Shown here: piece by piece, positions 38,601 to 53,900 of the stretch
Layout: each line of letters opens with the position of its first letter
Numbering within the stretch: position 1 is the stretch's first letter
NCBI RefSeq assembly: GCF_964355755.1
Contig: NC_092675.1
Span: 28,182,912-28,246,911, forward strand
Origin: Antedon mediterranea
Lineage: Eukaryota > Animalia > Echinodermata
DNA: 64,000 nt
Direction of reading: 5' to 3'
Position numbers and translations under genes: made by a program
The notes under the pieces: generated by a model
What the model was told of the DNA's origin: nothing
The model's database searches: none
What the model saw: only the letters and a program-made list of their open reading frames with translations

Positions 38601-40013
38601 TTTTTTTAATCTGTATTTTATTATTATTATTATTATTTATTTTTTATACTGGGTAGCCTCTTCAATCAGGTAAAAGACTGTTCTCTCAGAGGGCCCAGTG
38701 TGTATAAATATATGAAGAGTTTGTGACAGTGGCTGTATGTTAACTGTTACACCAGGGTAACCCCCCTACTCGTCTCGAAAGATGTACTAGGTTCTTTTAA
38801 GTGCACATGAGCCAGATGTGTACACTGGACCTACGGTTTATAGTCCTTATCCAAGAAGATTCGTTCTACCATTAGAATAATGTAGCGAGTGAGCCTCGAA
38901 CCCTTGCCAATGTTATGGCTACGTATTACTGTTCCACTGTCTTAACCGCCCGGCCACTCATTCGTATACAAAACGGTATTTTGGCCTTTGGAATTAAGTA
39001 CAACCTAACATAACATGACGCCAAGGCATTACCTCTTCTAAGTGATCTCTCTGTCTGTTCTTTCTTAACTGCTTCCAAATTACTTGACCTATGAACCTGT
39101 TTTCTTCTAGCCTATTACACAATATAAACATGTTACATTAATTCATTTCAAGATTCTAAAAAATTTATGTATATTTTAGAGTAGTAAATACTAGTACTGT
39201 ATCACCAGCATTAACAAATCCATCCGGCAATTTAATTAATTAACTCTTTTCGAGCAATTAAAATGTTACTGTTTATAGCTCATTGAGGCTTTTGCAATAT
39301 AAGGCTGGATTATCAATCATTATTAAACAGTGTTTATGTCTCAGAATAAAACATACTTAAAGCATCTTTTCTTTCTCATATAATTATTAAATGATACTTT
39401 TTATATACAGTATCTTACCTGTTCTTCTGGGCTCATTTTATGAACAGTGAGATCTGAAACAGTGGCCTGAAAATAAATATAAAAACAGTATAAACGATAA
39501 CAACATTTATTAACATTTATTTAGTTAGAATGTTCAATTAAATGTTCAATAGCCAACAATAACTATCAAATGCTTATTTTTAGTAATTTTTTAGGGATCT
39601 TGTGATTTGCGACGATCGACAACCAATCAAGATCAGGTCAATCAATGTATCGTCAATCGTCAACTGGACCATCAAACCTGTGTCAAGGCGAGAAGTGAGG
39701 ACACACGTCTCAATATTTTCGCATATGCACACAAACATGACATAGTTTGGTTGTATTTAGTTATGAAAAAACATAATATAAACATATTTCTCCAATTTTG
39801 AGGGCTCACATTTTTATTCAACAGCAATAATAGAAAAAAATATAAAGGGCTAAGATTAGAAGTATGATTTTTTATCAAATATTAGACAAACATTTATTAA
39901 ACAATACTGTAAAAATAAATGATATAAAAAATGGCACTAACATCCCATTCTGGTTTCTTGGTTCTCTTCTTATGTTTTAAACTTGATTTTTTATTGATTC
40001 TTTGAAAAGACAT
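32635..40013 (-). CDS. SPICE1: Spindle and centriole-associated protein 1
   Basis: Exons 39942-40013, 39419-39466, 39033-39111, 38224-38425, 37524-37633, 37069-37208, 36888-36954, 35996-36156, 35625-35741, 35087-35179, 34783-34864, 33071-34163, 32847-32934, 32635-32682 (799 aa, all phases match). Motifs MSFQRIN..EWD|ATVSDLTVHK, EILYDQ..FPNVTLAP, QQSLIDALTE and the C-terminus EGFFALTAHVGK match vertebrate SPICE1 as recalled. Confidence 0.9.
34295..34628 (-). mobile_element. 5S rRNA-derived SINE (SINE3-like), in a SPICE1 intron
   Basis: Reverse strand CCGAAGTTAAGCAACGTTGGGCCTGGTTAGAGCTTGGATGGGAGACC...GGAATACCGGGT matches the 5S internal control region. It is followed by a ~230-bp GC-richer body and an (AATAA)n tail. 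Confidence 0.7.
36396..36812. mobile_element. Foldback/palindromic MITE (~417 bp) in a SPICE1 intron
   Basis: The outer ~80 bp are near-perfect inverted repeats (TGACTCTAAAGGCCCATTTACACTAGGACGATAACGATCGACGATAAATAGAC...). Imperfect symmetry extends ~180 bp. Confidence 0.85.
37894..38102. mobile_element. MITE with ~46-bp TIRs
   Basis: ACTATCTGTAT..TACGTTAAACCATTCATGAATACGTA / TACGTATTCATGAATGGTTTAACGTA..ATACAGATAGT. Confidence 0.75.
38620..38960 (-). mobile_element. tRNA-derived SINE with Deu/Nin-like core
   Basis: Head GAGTGGCCGGGCGGTTAAG...GGTTCGAGGC; core GGATAAGGACTATAAACCGTAGGTCC...CACTTAAAAGAACC...GAGTAGGGGGGTTACCCTGGTG; (AAT)n tail. Confidence 0.7.
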
Positions 40014-40771
40014 CTTCTATATTGAAATTGAACATTTTTGTTATTTTTCTTTTGAATCATATAAATACAAAAAGCACAATAGATTAGGACGACACAATAA
40101 CCCTTGTGCAATTTCAAATTGCATAAGTAACTTTTTACGTTGTTGTGGGATAAATAGGATCGTTATTATTCTACAGAAATCTTTTCAAGTACAGAAAATT
40201 GAAAAAAAAAATCCACTCCACTCTAGTAGGAGATTTATGCGCAAGACTTTAAATTGAGTAGAGTTAGTAAAGACCTCTTATAGCCCACAAACTGCCCAGG
40301 CCTCCTTGCTAGCTAGGCCTAGTAAGCACACACTACTCATCAATAGTCTCCTAGGCGTAGTCTGTACTAGGCCTAGATAGGCCCTGTCTGTAGTAGTGTA
40401 GGCTTAGTAGGGTATCCTGGCCCTGTAGAAGCCTGTCTGTGTACTGTGTGTGTGTAGCATGCAGTAGTAGGGGGAGTAGGCTACTAGGCTAGGTAGGCCT
40501 AGGGCCTACTACTCTAGGCCTAGCTAGCTAGGCCTATCCTAGATTATAACATTAAACCAAAAATACGAATGATATTACTAATTCATATAATTCAGTTAGG
40601 GACAATGCCTAAATAATATTACTTTTGTTTAATACATAACATAATAAACATAAAACAACAACAGATTTGTCTCCGCGACGACGATGATTTTCAGGTTTCG
40701 CGGGTTTCGCGTTGCCAGGTACATCACATTATTTGAAATAAATATATTCTATGAATCTATGGCACTACTTC

Positions 40772-40815
40772 ATTCAAACATGGATTAAAGAATATTCTTT
40801 AATCCATGATTCAAA
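40772..40815. mobile_element. 30-bp perfect palindrome with 7-bp direct repeats (candidate P-element footprint)
   Basis: ATTCAAA|CATGGATTAAAGAATATTCTTTAATCCATG|ATTCAAA. Confidence 0.6.
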
Positions 40816-41337
40816 GCACAATTTTAAAATCTTAGGCCTAGTTAATATTTAAACAGTACAAAAATAGGTTCACTTTTTGAAATTACTAATATGTAGTATT
40901 TTATATTGAGTTTTTATTTTCATTATAAATAAAATGCTTCTGGAAATAAAAATTGATTAAAATAGCGCGCCCTCAACGGAAAACTTTAATAGAAAACTTT
41001 TTTCCTTTTTTTTTTGGTGTTCCTAATAATAAAATTATCAGCAAAAGAGTAAAATTAGGTAACTTTTGAATTACTACTATTATTATTAAGTTTATTTTGT
41101 AGGCTAGTATACTATACTATATGCTACTACACTCATTGCATGGTCTCCCAAATAGAGAGGCCTATTATTTATTTATATTTTATAAGCCTCTCTAGCCTAG
41201 CTAGGGCCGGCCTATAGGGTAGGCTAACTGCATTATCCCACCCCACACCATGCACCTGGCTAGCCCTCTATTTATGGCCCTGCTGCATGCTGTGCTGATT
41301 TATCATCAGCCTGAACTAATTTTTTTAGCATTACAGT

Positions 41338-44300
41338 ATGTCCCTATTAAGAAGAAATGTAAATCTTGATGAACTCGTACAAGACATTCACAACTGGCAA
41401 AAGGTAGTTTATGATTTATGAATGAATTGAATGTTTTTGAAGGCAGTCATAGAATTAAAACACATAATTTCTTCATATAATAATTATTGTCAGAGTTTGT
41501 AAAGAAATGAGTGATACAAAGCAGTCATTAAAATTAAAACATGATTTCTTCATATTATATATTATAATTATTAGGCCTAGGCCTATATACTAACATTTTA
41601 TTTTTTTTATAGCAAATAGATGAGTTATGGGAAACTAATCAAAGGTATGAACTAGACATTAAGTCAATGAGACGGCAATGTGAAACATGTGAAACGAAGG
41701 AGAAGAACGCAATTAAAGGTTTGTGTTCACAATAAATAAAACAATCAAGTTGGAAAAAAATGTATTTACCATAGATAGGATATAACAATAAAGTTACTCT
41801 GCACTCTGATTTAAACATTACAAAAAAAAACATAGATAAATAAATGAATGACAAAAAAAAAACATATATAAATATAGCACTTCTAACTTCTCTATACTAC
41901 TAACACTAATAAAATGTACATCTTCTAGATTTAGATTCATAAATGAAGTTAAATGTTTACTTTTACAAAAACATTAATATTATCGCTTGTTTACTTTATT
42001 TCTTTTATATATTTGTTTCTTTCTTATTGAATTATTGTTGTTAGATAAAAATTTATTTTGACTAATTTATTTTTTGTGACAGGACCCAAAACTTGATTAG
42101 AGAAAGCTATTTTTTTACTCCTTTTTACATATTGTACTGTTTGTATGTATGATGTGAATAAAGTTAAAAGTTAATCAGTATTTCTTTTTTATTATTAGAT
42201 GCAAGTGAGATGCATACGTTGGTGGATAAACTTCAAGATATCCTGACAACAAGATGTCATATAGAAGGTACAGTACTACAGTGTAAACTAGTGCTACTAA
42301 TGTGTTTTATACAAAACTTGTTTGTACACTATTTCAATGCAATACAGTTTTAATACTTTAGTATGTGTAGTTTAGTGTTGTACATTGAACAGATGAGGAG
42401 AATATTTCAAAATTTAATGGTATTGCAAAATGTTTGCTACAGCTTTTTTTTAACATTTAACTGTATTGTCTGATAGGTTAAGCATCTTCGTTTAAACATT
42501 TTAATATTAATTTTAAAGTTCAGAATAGAACATTAAAAGATCAGATTGAGGATTTGAAGAACACAATAGCAAGGCAGAACAAGGTACCTTTATCTTGTTT
42601 TAATTTTAACAAATTCTTTATACTTTCAATATTAAGCCTGTTGTTTGGTTAAATTTTGATTTATTCTTTCTTTTAAATATGTTGTCCACTACTGTATTTT
42701 AAAGGAAAATAAAGAAAACGAGGATAAATGGAAAAAAGAAAGACAAGATATGATTGACAAGCATACAGAGGAAGTAGCCAGTGTAATCCAGGATGGCCAA
42801 ATAGAAAGTAGGTGTATATCTCCTATAAAGTTGGATGGTGGATGCCATAAACTATCACTTAATCATCTATTACTAAATAAATACCGTATTTAATAAAAAT
42901 AAACTCCCCAGGGCGTTTATTGTTCGGGAGGGTTTTTAGGGAGGCGTTTATTCGAGGGAGGCGTTTATTTTTTTTAATGTAATATGGTAAAATGTGTTAT
43001 AATCAAATAATTTCTCCCTAAATATGAAAAAAATGACAACAACATCAATATGTATTAAAAAGTGATACAATTAAGTACAAAATCTATTAAAATACTTGGT
43101 AAATTGTAGATCATAGAAGTCAATGAATTCTACTACTGTGCAAATAGAAAAGTGTTTTAATACAATATTGCGTGTAGTGGGGGCGTTTATTTGAAGAAAA
43201 AAATAAAAGCTCCCGTTTATTCCAAAGGATGTTCTATGGGGTGGGGGACCTTTATTCGAATAAATACAGTATGTGTCAGAACATACACCTAGACATAACG
43301 AACCAAAAATTATACATCCACCATCAAGTAGGACTGATAGACATGTTTTTAGAGTAATGCTTTGTGTATTTATTTCTAGTGCAAAAAGAAGTTTGTATCC
43401 TTGAGAGAAAATTAGATGAAAAGACACAAAGTGTGAAATCACTTCAGAAACAAATGGCAGATGCAGAAAAAGCCAAACATACAGAGATTGTAAAACTCAA
43501 ATTAGAGGTTAAACTGCAGACTGTTGGAAGCTTGATGTTAATTCTAAAGCTCTGTCTACACTATCAAACTAGTGTGATGTGCCCAAATATGGTGGTGATA
43601 TGCCCAAATATGGTAGTAATATGACATCATCATGTCCATATATTGGCACATCACATTTTTTGTCACATAAAGTTTGATAGAGTAGACAGAGCAACACTAC
43701 TTCTCAACAAGCAACTAATTCTAAGCTCTACCCCATTCTTGCCATCCTATATTCAATGCAAAATCTAATATAATTGTTGAAGCATATTATGTAATGTGAA
43801 TTAACCCGGTTTTAATCTCCACATGTGACTCAATCTCTGCTCCTTTTGAGAATTATAATAATGCTATTACCTCAGTGCACCAGACTTTGTCAGTACAGTT
43901 GTTGGTTACATCACACTTGTCAACAACACCACATAATTGACCCCCGAACCCATGCATACTGAATAAATAAAACAGTAATAATTAAATGCTAATTCAAAGT
44001 TATTTGAAGGGAACTTTGTTTTGCAGTATGATGCAAAAATGTCCAAACTACAGAAACAGGCAACGAAATCACAGCAAGTTGGCAACAGAAACGCCTCTAG
44101 CAACAGTGACATCTTTAGACAGGTCTCATTTCTTATAGAATTTATTTAACTGTTAGAAATTATTTTGTGTAACTTATTTAAATTGTAAAAATTTATAGAA
44201 CTTCTTTTTCTATTTTGCTATTACCCATGCCCATGGTTTAAGGAAACTATCTAATGATAGATGCCTTGGGTGCTTTTATCATTTTTCTACATATTTTAAT

Positions 44301-44590
44301 ACCCTTTTTTCTTTCTTTGGTTTTTACCAGTAAGTGCTCATACATAGCCGTTTTTCAAATTACCAAACTACAGTACTGTATTATGTAAATCTGGGTACCT
44401 AAAAAATATGAAATGAAATGCGTTTAGAAATATGACAAATAATTTATTCATTTTTTATTTTATGTTTTTGTAGAAACTTAAATTTGCAAAGGAAGCATCG
44501 GAAAAAGAAATCTGCACATTAAAAAGAACAATCAGCGACTTGGAAAGAAAATTGATCAATCAGCAAGCATCAAAAAGAAAGAAGTTTTAG
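41338..44590 (+). CDS. CCDC152: Coiled-coil domain-containing protein 152
   Basis: Exons 41338-41403, 41613-41718, 42199-42267, 42519-42583, 42705-42807, 43380-43507, 44027-44122, 44474-44590 (249 aa). Motifs VNLDELV, EIVKLKLE|YDAKM, IFRQ|KLK, KEICTLKRTISDLERKL and terminal KRKKF parallel human CCDC152. Confidence 0.85.
42884..43269. mobile_element. Tc1/mariner(pogo)-like MITE
   Basis: TA|CCGTATTTA...TTATTCGAATAAATACAG|TA with repeated GGCGTTTATT motifs. A related shorter copy is at 3005-3157. Confidence 0.75.
43548..43692. mobile_element. MITE family A copy
   Basis: Same TIRs and ATATGGTAGT/GATGTGCCC internal motifs. Confidence 0.85.
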
Positions 44591-45423
44591 ACAAATATTG
44601 GATTTAAATTCTTCAAACAATCACTATAATATAAGTAAAGATTTAGGTTTTCAGAATACAGCATGTACTGTATTTAATATTTTGATTTCTCATATTTTAA
44701 TAAATATATATTTTTTTTCTTTTGAGCCCAAATTCAACTTGTTAAATACATGGATAACACCACCATATTGGAAGAACTCCTACCAGGAGCGAGGAATGAT
44801 AAAATGGCGGGCTCAATTGCCGATGTTTTTTTATTCTATAAATATTTCATTAATAGTATTACTGCCATTTTAATTTATGATTTTTAAATTACTGAATGTG
44901 ATTGTGCAATTTCTTTATTTTTTAGGCTTAAATTTGTAAATATCTTTATAAATGTATATAAAAATTCTCTTATAATTTTTACCTAATTAATTCACACTTA
45001 AATTGCATTAATTTGTTAGTTTTTTGTGTGTATGTAATCTACTTTTTGCTTCTGTTTGATTTTTGTGTCAAAGATGATTATTAAACTTCAATTTATGATT
45101 ATAAATTGCTATAAAATTATTTGTATTCTTGGAAAACTTCTAAGAGACTACTGTGACTTAAGATTTCAGAAATGTTAATGTTAACAAAATTATACTACAG
45201 TAATTCATACCAGGGAAGAGTTAAATTCATATTTTGAAAATGACAGCATCACACAAGGACACAAGTATTTTGGAGTATGTTTCCTATTACAGTACAATGA
45301 TTTTAAAACGTACAAACAAAACTCGTCATTTTTTATCATTATTTTATTTGAAAATTTCAGTAGAAAAAATAGACCAAAACTCCAGAATGTTGTTGATTTA
45401 AATAAAAGCACTTGTGTATAAGC

Positions 45424-47551
<2,128 letters not shown>

Positions 47552-48338
47552 TTTTTTTTTTTAATTCAGTTTCAGATTTTTGCGTTTTTAATTTTGATGG
47601 TAATTTTTCTTTTCGACGCTGGTGGCGTTTGTTGTGGCAGCTTAAGAGAGAGGGCGCCGCGCCATTACAGAGAAAAAAAACAACAACAGTAAAATTGTTT
47701 CCTATAATTTTAAAAAACTGTTATTATAGGCCTAATTAGGCTAAGGATATTTGTAAAATTAGGTAGTTTCTTAGTGTTTAGTCTAAATAGGTAGGATTAA
47801 TAGGCCCTATGCCTTATATAGTAGCCTTACTACAGAGTACTATATTGGGCCTACTAGAGGTAGTAGCTAGCTAGAGTAGAGGAGGTAGTTAGTTTTAGTA
47901 GGCTAGCAGGGCCTAGGCCTATATGCTAATGGTAGCAGTACTGTAGGCCTACAGTACTAGAGTAGTACTAAGCCTATGCTATGGCCTAGTAGTAGGATTT
48001 TCGGTACAATCCAAATTATGCAAGAAGAATACAATTTCAAATTGCGCAAGAAAGAAAAGCTGTTCTGCAATTTATACTTATCGTGTGAATACAAAATAAT
48101 TAAGAACGTACTTGAATAAAGCGGAATCCCATCGCATTTCACTTGCCGGGCCAATCTCACTTTGCCTTTGCAACATAGACTGCAATGTATAGAATGACCC
48201 CTCAAGTAGTAGATTCCCGATTCTATTTTGGATACCAAAATGAATGAGACTGATTTTAAATGCGACTGATCGCAAACATGAAGTCTCTTGTGTTTTTTTT
48301 CTCAGATTTGATGTATTGGTGAAGTACTAAATAATATA

Positions 48339-50532
48339 ATGGAAATCCTGTACATCTTACTATTCTTGGTGCAGCATGTAATATTATGTTCATGTGAAGA
48401 CCAACCACTACAGTGCAGTCAACTTCAAGTTGGACAATATCCTTTAGTATTGTACTTATGGAGTACTATATTGCATAAGTAAAGGTTTTTGTGTCTATAA
48501 GTTAAGCAAAAAACATTTACCAGTTTACTAACTATAATTGTCTTCTAAGTCATTCTTACAGTTACTGTTTTCTTATTTTTATAATTTCTAATCTGTAAGA
48601 AATGATATGTAAAATAACAAATAATCATAAATTATAGCATAGAGCCATCTTCTTTTCAGTAATCCTTAAATTGAATATGTACGTATAAATGCAAAGAGCC
48701 TGAGATTGATGATTACAGGCAGTCTGCTGTAAACTGTGATGTATCGAGGAAGGTCAAAGGTGACTATATAATATCGACTTTGTGCTAGCAGCAATAATAA
48801 AAACCCTACTTCATTGTAATCACTTTTGGAGAGAGGCTGCTGTAGATGCAGGACTCTCCATCTAAGTGCAAAACTTATACTGGGTATATATTCATAAACT
48901 ACTACCATATATTCAGGTCTAATCCCACCCTCTACTTTATGTCTGATTTCACAAACAGGCATCACCGGGTATAGTCCCAGTATTGACATGATCTGGATGT
49001 AGGCCTCTCTCTATCCAGTTCAGATGAGTTTTACCAATCATTTTTTCGATGAAACAGGCTCTCCCTGGATATAGTCCCACTCCCTAAGTTGGCCCAATTT
49101 TGTGTTCTAGGGGGTGGGATTATACCAGAGGATATACGATATTTGAAAACCTAAAACTGTTTAGTAAAATTTATGCAAGAATATCAACATTTTGTTTTGT
49201 AGTTGAATGTATGCCTGTAGCAAATATCACATGTGATGACGTCATGTACAATGGGACAACAGTTAGCAATAGCATAGTGAAAGAAGTGGACTGTAGATAC
49301 ACGTAAGCAAAGAACTTGTAACACAAGAATCTCCTGTTCTTCAATTTGCATTCAAAACACAGTATCGGAAGTACAGGGTTAAAAGGTCAAACTGGGCGAC
49401 GCCATTTCACAGCAGGAAGTCAAAACTATTAATTCCCATAGAGGGCTCAGTCAATTATTCTATCCCCTCTACAGTATAGCAAAGATTTTGCCTTTCTAAA
49501 TTGGTGAGGGCGTGCTACTTCATGGCTCACAATGCTCTATTCTATCCTACAATGCCTTTCGAAATTGTTACACGCTTTGGACGAACAGGAGATTCTTGTG
49601 TTATAAGTTCTTTGACGCAAGTCAAATATACTATGGCCAACAACCCCTATTAAAGGGACACGTTGTTGGGTCCCAAAGGTGTCCCCTAATAGGGGTCTCC
49701 TGTAATTATGCATAACAGTTACTATACTTGAAGGTAGTTTATATTATAGCTCTGTCTACACTATCAAACTTTATGTGACAAAAAAATGTGATGTGCCCGC
49801 ATATGTACATGATGATGTCATATCACTACCATATTTGGGGATATCACACTTTTTTGATAGTGTAGACAGAGCCTTAATGTAAAAATATAGTAAAGACACA
49901 TTATATAACATTTTTCAGAACCCAATATTCTTACACAACATCTTTGCTACTGTCAATATTCCTCGGCATGTTTGGTGTGGACAGGATGTATCTTGGCTAT
50001 CCAGCTCTTGGGCTTCTCAAGTTCTGTACTTTAGGATTTCTATTCGTTGGCCAGTTTTTAGATATCATCTTAATTGCAACACAGGTAAGTTCTTCTCCCC
50101 CGGTTTTTAGGGAATCCTATTTTGTTGTGCTTATTAATACGTCTGTGGTTTTGTTAAACTACAAAATCATTTAAAATGGTATTGCTGTGATAAACATATT
50201 CTCCTTATATTAATTGTGTATAAATGTGTGTGGTTATTGGCTCATATAATTGGTTGTTATGATCTGATAGTATTTATTGTCAATTAAACAACAAGGTAAA
50301 AATGATATTTGATTGGTTGAATTTAAGCAATTAGACAATACAATATATAGAAGTAGATCTTTATATCTTTGGATATCTGATTTCTGTATTTCTTTTTTTT
50401 TAGGTAGTTAAACCAGCAGATGGTTCAGACTATATTATCAGTTACTATGGACCAATGCTAAACAAGATGGAAATTAATAACAATACGTATATTTATATAT
50501 ATGCCACCACCAACGGCAAATTATGTGGATGA
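48339..50532 (+). CDS. TM2D1: TM2 domain-containing protein 1
   Basis: Exons 48339-48436, 48683-48759, 49203-49302, 49919-50084, 50404-50532 (189 aa). Signal peptide, CSQLQVGQYKCKEPEID, and TM2 domain LLSIFLGMFGVDRMYLGYPALGLLKFCTLGF...IATQ|VVKPADGSDY. The first coding intron is AT-AC. Confidence 0.92.
48437..48682 (+). other. U12-type (minor spliceosome) AT-AC intron in TM2D1
   Basis: 5' site ATATCCTTT at 48437, branch point TCCTTAAA at 48663-48670, AC at 48681-48682. Removal joins CA|G to give in-frame VGQ-YKCKEP. Confidence 0.9.
49748..49874. mobile_element. MITE family A copy
   Basis: Both TIRs present. Confidence 0.85.
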
Positions 50533-50819
50533 ATTATGACAGAGGCAATTATACCAGCCATCTTAATTTTGTATAAATTTATTTAGATAATATCCGGTTG
50601 TTATAGACATTTTAAAGAAGTTTTCCAACATACATTTTCAATAATAATTATTTAATAAATCTATTAGAATTAAAATACATATTTTGATATATAGACCTAC
50701 TGTATACGGAGAAAATCCTTTTGAGACGTTTATTTTTCATATCCAATAGCATGTGGAGAATTAATTGAAATATCGGGAGACTTGAGAGGTCTACTCTAAC
50801 AAAGACTATTGTTCTCTAG

Positions 50820-50928
50820 ACCTCTGTCCACACTATCAAACTTTATGTGACAAAAAAAATGTGATGATGTCATATCACTACCATATTTTGGCACATCACA
50901 TGTCTAGTTTAATAGTGTAGACAGAGCT
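50820..50928. mobile_element. MITE family A copy in the TRMT13 3' UTR
   Basis: Both TIRs present; lies 6 nt beyond the TRMT13 stop codon. Confidence 0.85.
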
Positions 50929-50934
50929 TAAGAT

Positions 50935-53900
50935 TCATGTTTTGACACTTTTGCTTGCGATAAACACAACGTTCTCCAAAGATATTTCTTGCTGTATATA
51001 GTAAACCAAGTCTACATTAAATCCATGACCCTGCATGTACTTGACCCGACCTAGGTCAATGAGGCGTTTACACTGCCTTCCAATTTCAGCTCTTTCCTCA
51101 GCATTCATCCCGTCTGACCTGTGTAGTATAAAAATTATTGTTGTTATTCTTATGTTACTAAATATTGCAAAGGATTTGGATATATTTAAACAATTTAGCA
51201 TGTGCTTAATAAAATAATTGGGGGATTTTTTTGGCTATAATTTTATCAACAGCATACAAATTTAAAAACAATTTTATCTAGATTCAGTGTTGAGCGTTTT
51301 AGTTAGCCAATCAGCTCAAACAATTACCCATTACTGTAGTAAACAAAATATTTTTCAAAGAAAGAATATATATTATGGAGTTTTGACCCAGTTGCAGCTC
51401 AGGTCATAATTTGTTTGTATATATTATGTAATATTTTTACAAATAAATTAAAAAGAAAACATTCACAATGTTTGAGTTTCTTACTTGCTCATTGGTTGTT
51501 TAGAGTTTAGAGATGTCTGTGCAGTTTCAGATGTGTTACCCTGATTGTGTGATTCAGTATCATTTACTAAATGATCAGACTCGTCATTTTTTTTTGTTCC
51601 ACAAACAGCCCAACTAGTTAATCTGGTCATGACCCTAAATTCCTCTGGACTAAAGCCCATCTCCTTGAAGAACTCTTTCCCGACGTAGTTTTTCCAGTTG
51701 CACCGATGATGGCAACATAAAGCAAAGACAGTTCCAGACACTTGTCTTTTATCTGGTGTGTCTTTGGAAGAAGCACATAGCCGTTTGGCTATAGGTTCGT
51801 TGACCTCTTGGTCATTAACTTTGACATTCTCTTCCTTTGGTATATCACGTTTTGATTCAGATGTACTTCCATTATTATCTGTGTTAAAAGTAATTAAACA
51901 TCGCAGCGCAAGATCTGAAATTGAATCGTTATATTAGTGAGTTAAAAAGAGATTCCTTCGATTCTCTGGAAAAAACACAATCTTGACATGACAATTACTA
52001 CATGAAATTACAACTATTTTGAGAAATGTTTAATCTTTTCCATTTTAGTATATTGAGTCAAAAATGACTGGCAAAATCTGTCCTACAGTAAATAATACTC
52101 AAATTAAACAGTCCTAGGAGGCCTTGACATACTGTAAACTTAAAGCTCTGTGTATCAATCTAGTTTGACAAAACAAAAAAAAAAGTGCCCAAATATGCCG
52201 GGTAGTGATATGTCATCATGGCCATATATGGGCACATCTTATTTTGTTGTTACATAAAGTTTGATAGTGTAGACAGAGTTGTAGACTGTGTAAAAGTTAA
52301 ATTGGACACATTCAGAAGCAATGCTTGCATCATCCGTAGGTCTTTCTATATATTTAACCTATGACCTTCTATATATTCTATTTATAAAGCTCCAATACCT
52401 GTTGCTGCACCACACAGATGCTTGCTGATGCCAACAATTGGTTGACTTTTGTCCTTGATCCCTGGAACTGACGCTAGGTCAAGGTCACTAATATCGAGGT
52501 TTAGACGCTCAAACTTCGGCCCATGATTACGATGGTAACAATCCAACTGAAATTATATAAATATTTACAGTAACTATAGAATACATATACAGTATTTCAT
52601 TAAATTGTGAATATTTACTATTCCAATCACTGTGGTATTGGAACAACTACTAGCTACCTGGAAAGTAAATTCCTAATTCCCAGGTACCGGTAGCCAAATT
52701 TATACTTTGCTCAGCATACTACTTGGGAACCAAGGTTTTTTCATATTTACTATTATAATCACTGTGGTATTTGAACAACTACTAGCTACCTGGAAAGTAA
52801 TGAGTACGCTGTACGTTTCTGCGAGTACGGTTTACGTTTCTGCGAGTACGTTGTATATTTCCACGAATATATTGTATGTTTGTAATTGTATTTTTGGCGG
52901 TGATTGCCTTCCATATACCGGTACCCAAATTTATACTTTGCTCAACATACTACTTGGGAACCAAGGTTTTTTCAATAATTTTTGGTCAATAAATATTACG
53001 ATCATTGCAATAAAACGGTAACTGACTGACCTTTCTACGGTTGTGACCTCTATCTATCAAAATGAACTTTACATCTGTTGAATCGGAGAGAGCTTTCTGT
53101 AACCAATGAGACAACTGACCTGAGACAATGTTCAATTTAAAAGAAATGACAAGGATATAAAGTGTGTTAGGATATAAAGTCCATTGATAAAATAACAAAC
53201 TGAAAAAGTAAAAAATTAACCATGTATCTTCAGGGTAGCATAACACATGCATAAAAATGGCATATGAAATTTAATCTTTCCATTTTTCTTTGTTATATTA
53301 CAGCATTAAATACAATTTTTGCGTTTGCATCAAAACCTTTTAATACAACTATATGTTTTAGTTCAAAATTATGATAATTGTACTAGATTTATCAAATACA
53401 ACTATAAAGTAGATCTTACCTCTACCTGCTCCAAATTCAATAAAACAGGTATTATTTTTAAGAAACTTTTTCTTTTTAAGGTGTCCCAGCAAAGAAGATT
53501 GCTGTAATAGATGTTTCCGTGCAGATATTCCATTCATAGAATTATCTAATTCCTCACGGAAAACTTCATGATCCAAAACTTCATCTCGCAACATAATCTT
53601 TGCATCTAAAATTATTGAAATTGACAGTAATCAATATGTAAAAAAAACACGGATAAGCAAAAACATACAATTTTTTGTGCAATTAGTGTACATTTAATTT
53701 AAAAGTTCACATTTACAATACAATAATATTAGGTATACCTTTGTGACATTTCTTCACTTTGAAAATGATGGAGTTTAAATGGTCCTGATCCATTGACGAG
53801 ATCGATACCTTTAAAAATAAAAGTGATATTGAACATTTTCTCAGAAAAAATGGTAGTAAAATAAAAAAAAACATGCATCTTTTTTTTATTTTCACAAAGA

